Origin: Candidatus Limnocylindrales bacterium
GTDB taxonomy: Bacteria; Moduliflexota; Moduliflexia; Moduliflexales; JAUQPW01
Reading direction: 5' to 3'
DNA length: 64,000 bases
Assembly (NCBI GenBank): GCA_035559535.1
Contig: DATMBG010000032.1
Coordinates: 62,001 to 126,000 of the forward strand
The notes under the pieces are model-generated. The model made no database searches. It was not told the origin of the DNA and saw only the letters and a program-made list of their open reading frames with translations. Positions within the stretch are counted from its first letter, which is position 1. Every line of letters begins with the position of its first letter. A program made the position numbers and the translations under genes. Below, one piece after another: positions 59,455 through 64,000 of the stretch.

Positions 59455-60798
59455 TTGGATAACCTTATCAAAGAGCTTATCAATATTGTTGGGGAACCCC
59501 ACCTTTTGACCTCAGAGATGGATCCCTACAGGGTAGAAGGTCGGGTTCCCAAAGCCATCGTTTTCCCGGGTACCATTCTGGAAGTTTCTGAAATCCTGGC
59601 CCTGGCCGATAAAGAGGGAGTCAGTGTTATTCCCCGTGGAAGTGGGACGAAGATGCATTTGGGTGGAATTCCCAAAAGGGTTGATTTGGTTCTTTCATTG
59701 ACCCGCCTCAACCAAATACTTGAATACGAATCGGCAGATCTAACCGTGAGGACCCAGGCCGGTATTACCTTGGCAAATCTTCAAAGTACCCTTGCTCAAA
59801 GGGGTCAATTTCTGGCATTGGATCCTCCCTTTGCTTCCAAGGCCACCATCGGTGGGATTTTGTCCACTAACTCCTCTGGACCTTGCAGACTTCTTTATGG
59901 AACGGCGCGAGACCTGGTTATCGGAATCAAGGTGGTTCACCCGGGCGGTATGGTAACCAAGGGTGGGGGGAAGGTTGTTAAAAATGTGGCCGGGTATGAT
60001 ATGAATAAGCTCTATATAGGAGCTTTAGGAACTTTAGGGGTGATTGTGGAGGCTAATTTTAAGCTTCGTCCTCTCCCCAGGATGGAGAAAACTCTGTGGG
60101 CCACCTTTCCGTCCCTCTCAACGGCCTTTGAAGCTGTCACCAGGATTTTCAAATCCGAACTGAGTCCGGCGTTCCTGGAGTTGTTTAATCCCTTGGCCGG
60201 AACCTTGTTAAGTCGGGTTATTGAGATTCAAACCCCTGAAAATAATTTCATCGTAGCCATGGGAGCCGATGAGGTGCCGGAAGCAGTCGAACGGCAGGTA
60301 ACCCAGGCAGAAAGGGTTTGTAAAGAATCCGGCGCAACCGATACCCTGATTTTAGCCGGAGAGACAGAAGGGAAACTCCGGAGATCTATTCGGGAGTTTT
60401 TCACACTGGCCACTACCCATACCCGTACAACCTTAAGTTGTAAGGCCAGTATCCCCCCCAAAACCGTTGGGGAACTTTTCCAAATTGTCCATGGGATGGA
60501 AAAAAGGTATGAAGTACCCGGTCTGCTTCAAGCCCATGCAGGAAATGGAATCGTTTATGTTTACTTTTCCCGGCCGGAAACTCCTATAGAAACATGGGTT
60601 AAAATGATTGAGGAACTGAGAACTTCGGTTGTTAATTTAGGTGGAAATCTGGTTGTGGAGTTGGCTCCCATTAATTTGAAAGAAAGGATCGATATCTGGG
60701 GGCACCCGGGAAGTAGCTTTCGCCTGATGCAGGGAATTAAAGCCCAATTCGATCCCCATAACATTTTAAATCCGGGGAGGTTTGTGGGAGGATTGTAA
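59455..60798 (+). CDS. glcE: Glycolate oxidase FAD subunit GlcE
   Basis: GGKVVKNVAGYDM, GALGTLG, FDPHNILNPGR; between glcD and glcF. Confidence 0.88.
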   Translation: MDNLIKELINIVGEPHLLTSEMDPYRVEGRVPKAIVFPGTILEVSEILALADKEGVSVIPRGSGTKMHLGGIPKRVDLVLSLTRLNQILEYESADLTVRTQAGITLANLQSTLAQRGQFLALDPPFASKATIGGILSTNSSGPCRLLYGTARDLVIGIKVVHPGGMVTKGGGKVVKNVAGYDMNKLYIGALGTLGVIVEANFKLRPLPRMEKTLWATFPSLSTAFEAVTRIFKSELSPAFLELFNPLAGTLLSRVIEIQTPENNFIVAMGADEVPEAVERQVTQAERVCKESGATDTLILAGETEGKLRRSIREFFTLATTHTRTTLSCKASIPPKTVGELFQIVHGMEKRYEVPGLLQAHAGNGIVYVYFSRPETPIETWVKMIEELRTSVVNLGGNLVVELAPINLKERIDIWGHPGSSFRLMQGIKAQFDPHNILNPGRFVGGL

Positions 60799-62103
60799 AT
60801 GGAAACAGCAGAATCCAATGTTCTAAATTTAGGGTTTGATAATATAGATCCACCCAACTACGATAGGATTTTGGGATGTATCCACTGTGGACTTTGCCTG
60901 CAGAAATGCCCTACTTATCGGGAACTTGGGGTAGAAGCCGATTCTCCTCGTGGACGAATTTATTTAATCAAATCGGTTGCCGATGGGATTCTTCCTATTA
61001 ATGAGAAATTTGTGGAACATATGTACCTGTGTCTGGATTGTCGGGCTTGCGAAACTGCCTGCCCCTCTGGGGTCCACTTTGGAGAAATCATGGAAGCAGC
61101 CCGAGGCCAGATCGAGCGGAACTGGAAGCGACCTTTCCTTACCAGACTAATCCGGGATACGGTTTTTAAGGGTATTTTTCCTTATCCCAAACGGATCAGG
61201 CTTCTTGCCTCACTTCTCCGGTTTTATCAACGGTCCGGACTGCAATCCTTCGTTCGTCGTTCCGGACTTCTTAAAATACTTCCGGGAAATCTGGAGCAGA
61301 TGGAGCAGATGCTCCCGCCACTTCCTGCTTCAGCAGGAAATCTACCCGAAGTCGTCCCGGCTAAAGGGGAGAAAAAATATCGGGTCGGCTTGATCTCGGG
61401 TTGCGTCATGAAGGAGATGTTTCCTGCTATTCATCAGGCTACCCTTAAAGTTCTTACCGAGAACGGATGCGAAGTGGTCATCCCTAGATATCAAAACTGC
61501 TGTGGTGCGTTGAACATTCATGGAGGAGTCCGGGAAGTGGCCAAGAAAATGGCCCGAAATAATATCGATGTGTTCGATCGGGCCCAGGTAGATTTTATTA
61601 TCATCAATGCTGCCGGATGTGGCTCCACATTGAAAGAATACGGAATTCTTTTGGAGCACGACCCCAACTATGCTGAGAAAGCCAAAACCTTCAGCCAGAA
61701 GGTGCGGGATATTTCTGAGTTTTTGGTCGAAATTTCTTTCAAGAAACCCACCCAAGAGATTCGTAAACGGGTAGCCTATGACGACCCCTGTCACCTCATC
61801 CATGGTCAGAAAATAAGTAAGCAACCGCGTATCATCTTGCAGTCGATCCCCGGACTGGAATTTGTAGAGATTAAAGAAGCGGACTGGTGCTGTGGGAGTG
61901 CCGGAATTTACAATATTACCCATCCCGAGATGTCCATGAAGTTGTTAGAACGTAAAATGGCCCATATTAAAGCTACCCAGGCGGATATTATTGCAACGGG
62001 AAATCCAGGCTGTATCTTACAGATTAGAATGGGAGTCCAAAAGCACGGAATGTCGGCTGAGGTTCTACATCCTGTAGAATTATTAGCACAAGCCTACGAG
62101 TAA
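60799..62103 (+). CDS. glcF: Glycolate oxidase Fe-S subunit GlcF
   Basis: CIHCGLC..CPTY, CLDCRACETACP, two CCG domains. Confidence 0.9.
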   Translation: METAESNVLNLGFDNIDPPNYDRILGCIHCGLCLQKCPTYRELGVEADSPRGRIYLIKSVADGILPINEKFVEHMYLCLDCRACETACPSGVHFGEIMEAARGQIERNWKRPFLTRLIRDTVFKGIFPYPKRIRLLASLLRFYQRSGLQSFVRRSGLLKILPGNLEQMEQMLPPLPASAGNLPEVVPAKGEKKYRVGLISGCVMKEMFPAIHQATLKVLTENGCEVVIPRYQNCCGALNIHGGVREVAKKMARNNIDVFDRAQVDFIIINAAGCGSTLKEYGILLEHDPNYAEKAKTFSQKVRDISEFLVEISFKKPTQEIRKRVAYDDPCHLIHGQKISKQPRIILQSIPGLEFVEIKEADWCCGSAGIYNITHPEMSMKLLERKMAHIKATQADIIATGNPGCILQIRMGVQKHGMSAEVLHPVELLAQAYE

Positions 62104-62108
62104 GGATC

Positions 62109-62441
62109 ATGTCGCGTTTTAAACATCACATCTTTATTTGTATTAATGTACGTCCCCCGGGTCATGCGAAGGGATGCTGCTCCGAGAAGGGATCTGAAAA
62201 AATAGCCGAACTTTTTAAAGAAGAACTTTATCGCCGGGGCTTCAAGGGCATCATTCGAGCTAATAAGGCGGGTTGTCTTGATGCCTGCGAATTCGGTCCT
62301 TCCGTTGTGATCTACCCGGAAGGAGTCTGGTATGGAAATGTTCGAACCCCAGAAGATGTCATGGAAATTATCGAACGGCATCTCATCGGTGGGGAAGTGG
62401 TTGAGCGCCTTCGGATCCCGGATGAAAAGTTTAGGAGGTGA
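62109..62441 (+). CDS. Thioredoxin-like [2Fe-2S] ferredoxin
   Basis: HIFIC..CC, GCLDAC, GP.VVIYPEGVWY. Confidence 0.9.
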   Translation: MSRFKHHIFICINVRPPGHAKGCCSEKGSEKIAELFKEELYRRGFKGIIRANKAGCLDACEFGPSVVIYPEGVWYGNVRTPEDVMEIIERHLIGGEVVERLRIPDEKFRR

Positions 62442-63528
62442 AGGAAAAGCAGGCCATAAGCCGGATAAAATTCGCCGTATTCTGGTTATCCGGGCCGGTG
62501 CCTTGGGAGATACCCTTCTCATGCTTCCCTTAATCCGGGCTTTAAGACAGGCCTTTCCTGAAGCCTACCTGGAGGTCATGGGTTATGTGGAACGGTTGCA
62601 ACTTGTTTTGGGTGAGGCCTATGCCCATCACATCAGCTCTATCGAGCGCAGGGGCCTGGAAGCTTTTTTTGTAAAAGATGCGCCTCTTCCTCCCGATTTA
62701 GTCCGCTTCTTCGGGAGTTTTGATTTAATCCTCTCCTACAAACAGGATCCAGAAGGACTCTGGACCGAAAATCTCGGTAAAACAGGGGCAACCCTGGTTT
62801 ATAATTTCAATCCCTTTCCTTCCCAAGAAAACCCCATTCATGTTGTAAAATATCTCCTCAATACCTTAAAAAGATTAGACTTGAATCTAGAAACAGCCCA
62901 TTTACCCGGGAACGCTGAAGATTTTACCGGTGAACAAATACCCGACCTCTATTATCCCAGAATTCAACCTCCTCCCTGGGCCCAAGAGGAAGCTCACCTG
63001 TTTTGGAAAGAGAATCGGCTTCCCATGGAAAGGGAGTACCCGGTCTTGGCCGTCCATCCAGGGAGTGGAAGCTTAAAAAAAGTCTGGCCTCCTGAGAAAT
63101 TTGCCCGGGTTTGTCTGGAAGCCTCTAAATCTTATCAGGCTCGCATTCTCCTCATTTCAGGACCTGCAGATAAAGAAAATGTTCAAAAAGTACTTGAACT
63201 TTCCCAAGGGATACATCCGGTCCCGGTCGAAAATAAACCCCTCTGGCTTCTGGCCGCTATTTTGGAGCGTTGCCGGATTTACCTGGGAAACGATTCGGGC
63301 GTAACCCACCTGGCAGCTGCCGTTGGTACCCCTGTCATTGCACTCTTTGGGCCCAGTCATCCTAAAATCTGGAGACCTCTTGGAAAAAAGGTCAAAATCC
63401 TTCAGGCTGAAATAAAAATGACGTCTGTTCATCCGACCCTTCCTGCTGTCGAGAACCTTTCTGGAGGATTAGAATCCCTGCCGGTTACCACCGTGATGGA
63501 GGCCCTGGATGCAATGATCCTCCATTAG
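62422..63528 (+). CDS. Glycosyltransferase family 9 (LPS heptosyltransferase-like)
   Basis: ILVIRAGALGD, HPGSG..KVWP, GNDSGVTHLAAA, LFGPS; start uncertain. Confidence 0.88.
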   Translation: MKSLGGEGKAGHKPDKIRRILVIRAGALGDTLLMLPLIRALRQAFPEAYLEVMGYVERLQLVLGEAYAHHISSIERRGLEAFFVKDAPLPPDLVRFFGSFDLILSYKQDPEGLWTENLGKTGATLVYNFNPFPSQENPIHVVKYLLNTLKRLDLNLETAHLPGNAEDFTGEQIPDLYYPRIQPPPWAQEEAHLFWKENRLPMEREYPVLAVHPGSGSLKKVWPPEKFARVCLEASKSYQARILLISGPADKENVQKVLELSQGIHPVPVENKPLWLLAAILERCRIYLGNDSGVTHLAAAVGTPVIALFGPSHPKIWRPLGKKVKILQAEIKMTSVHPTLPAVENLSGGLESLPVTTVMEALDAMILH

Positions 63529-63593
63529 AAGCCCTGCTTCAAACGTAGCAGCATTGTTACCACCGTAATGGAGGCCCTGGATGCAATGATCCT
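63484..63593 (+). repeat. 38-bp direct repeat duplicating the GT9 gene 3' end
   Basis: GTTACCACCGT(G/A)ATGGAGGCCCTGGATGCAATGATCCT at 63484-63521 and 63556-63593, one mismatch. Confidence 0.92.
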
Positions 63594-63646
63594 GTCCCCT
63601 TAAACTCTGTTACCAACACCACAATAAGGTTGAGGATTTCTCGCTC

Positions 63647-63769
63647 GTCAAACGAGGACGTTCGACCTACTTACAATGCTTTCTTCTCATCTGATCTCTG
63701 AAAGAATCGGAATCTGTTTGATCTAATTGCTTTGCTCAAATCTAAGTAGGTCAACCGTCCTCGGTTAAT
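63647..63769. repeat. REPIN-like inverted doublet of GTAG-type REPs
   Basis: CGAGGACGTTCGACCTACTTA and TAAGTAGGTCAACCGTCCTCG, 19/21 complementary; each is GTAG plus a short hairpin. Confidence 0.7.
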
Positions 63770-63820
63770 GGAATTGACAGAGAATTATACCTTTTCACCC
63801 TGAAAAGGTTACGTATTTTC

Positions 63821-63849
63821 TTGACTTAACCCTCAACTTCGGTTAATCT
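63821..63849 (+). promoter_or_regulatory. Putative sigma70 promoter
   Basis: TTGACT-N17-TAATCT upstream of next gene. Confidence 0.55.
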
Positions 63850-63925
63850 CTAGCATCTGATTGTGTCTTAATAATCCAATTACACGAGCACTTTTTATTT
63901 TATTAAAGGAAAAGGAGAAGAAGCC

Positions 63926-64000
63926 ATGAGGTTTATAAAATCCTTGTATTTTATTCTGTTTGGAATGGCCTTTTGGTTACCCCATATGGCCGATACCTAT
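63926..64000 (+). CDS. Start of a probably exported protein (truncated by window end)
   Basis: AAGGAG SD; MRFIKSLYFILFGMAFWLPHMADTY signal-peptide-like. Confidence 0.55.
   Translation, partial: MRFIKSLYFILFGMAFWLPHMADTY

Noticed and set aside
569-63432. Numerous short ORFs overlapping the main genes
   Set aside because: Antisense or alternate-frame shadows of well-supported CDSs with no motifs
63484-63620. Possible CRISPR repeat-spacer unit (38-bp repeat, 34-bp spacer)
   Set aside because: Only two copies, the first is coding sequence, no palindrome and no cas genes

Overview
Bacterial chromosomal window (Gram-negative: type IV pilus ATPases, OM porins, GT9 LPS transferase; taxon not determinable from sequence alone). 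No rRNA, tRNA, CRISPR array, integrase or transposase gene was recognised. Housekeeping content: pilT/pilB, aroE, UDG, RND permease, pyk, Nramp, NtrC-type two-component system, Cdc48-like ATPase, SorAB-type sulfite dehydrogenase, rpoE-rseA-rseB-degP, H+-PPase, selB, glcDEF. The most notable locus is a four-gene minus-strand operon (19672-28545). It encodes a homolog of the tetraether lipid synthase Tes/GDGT-MAS, an uncharacterised small radical SAM enzyme, and a PlsR-like plus PlsA/Ger-like ether-lipid reductase pair. It is a candidate compact pathway for bacterial membrane-spanning ether lipids (brGDGT-like), possibly sigma54-controlled. On one side lies a tungstate/molybdate cluster headed by a ModE-wHTH/TupA fusion with twin 20-bp palindromic operators. 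On the other lies a divergent Ser/Thr-phosphorylation and envelope cluster (4xFHA protein, atypical kinase-TPR, PP2C, frameshifted mucin-like lipoprotein, FadL-like barrel, TPR-PEGA membrane protein). Intergenic spaces carry many REP/MITE-like and 7-8-mer-built hairpins. All assignments come from motif recognition by eye; no database searches were run.
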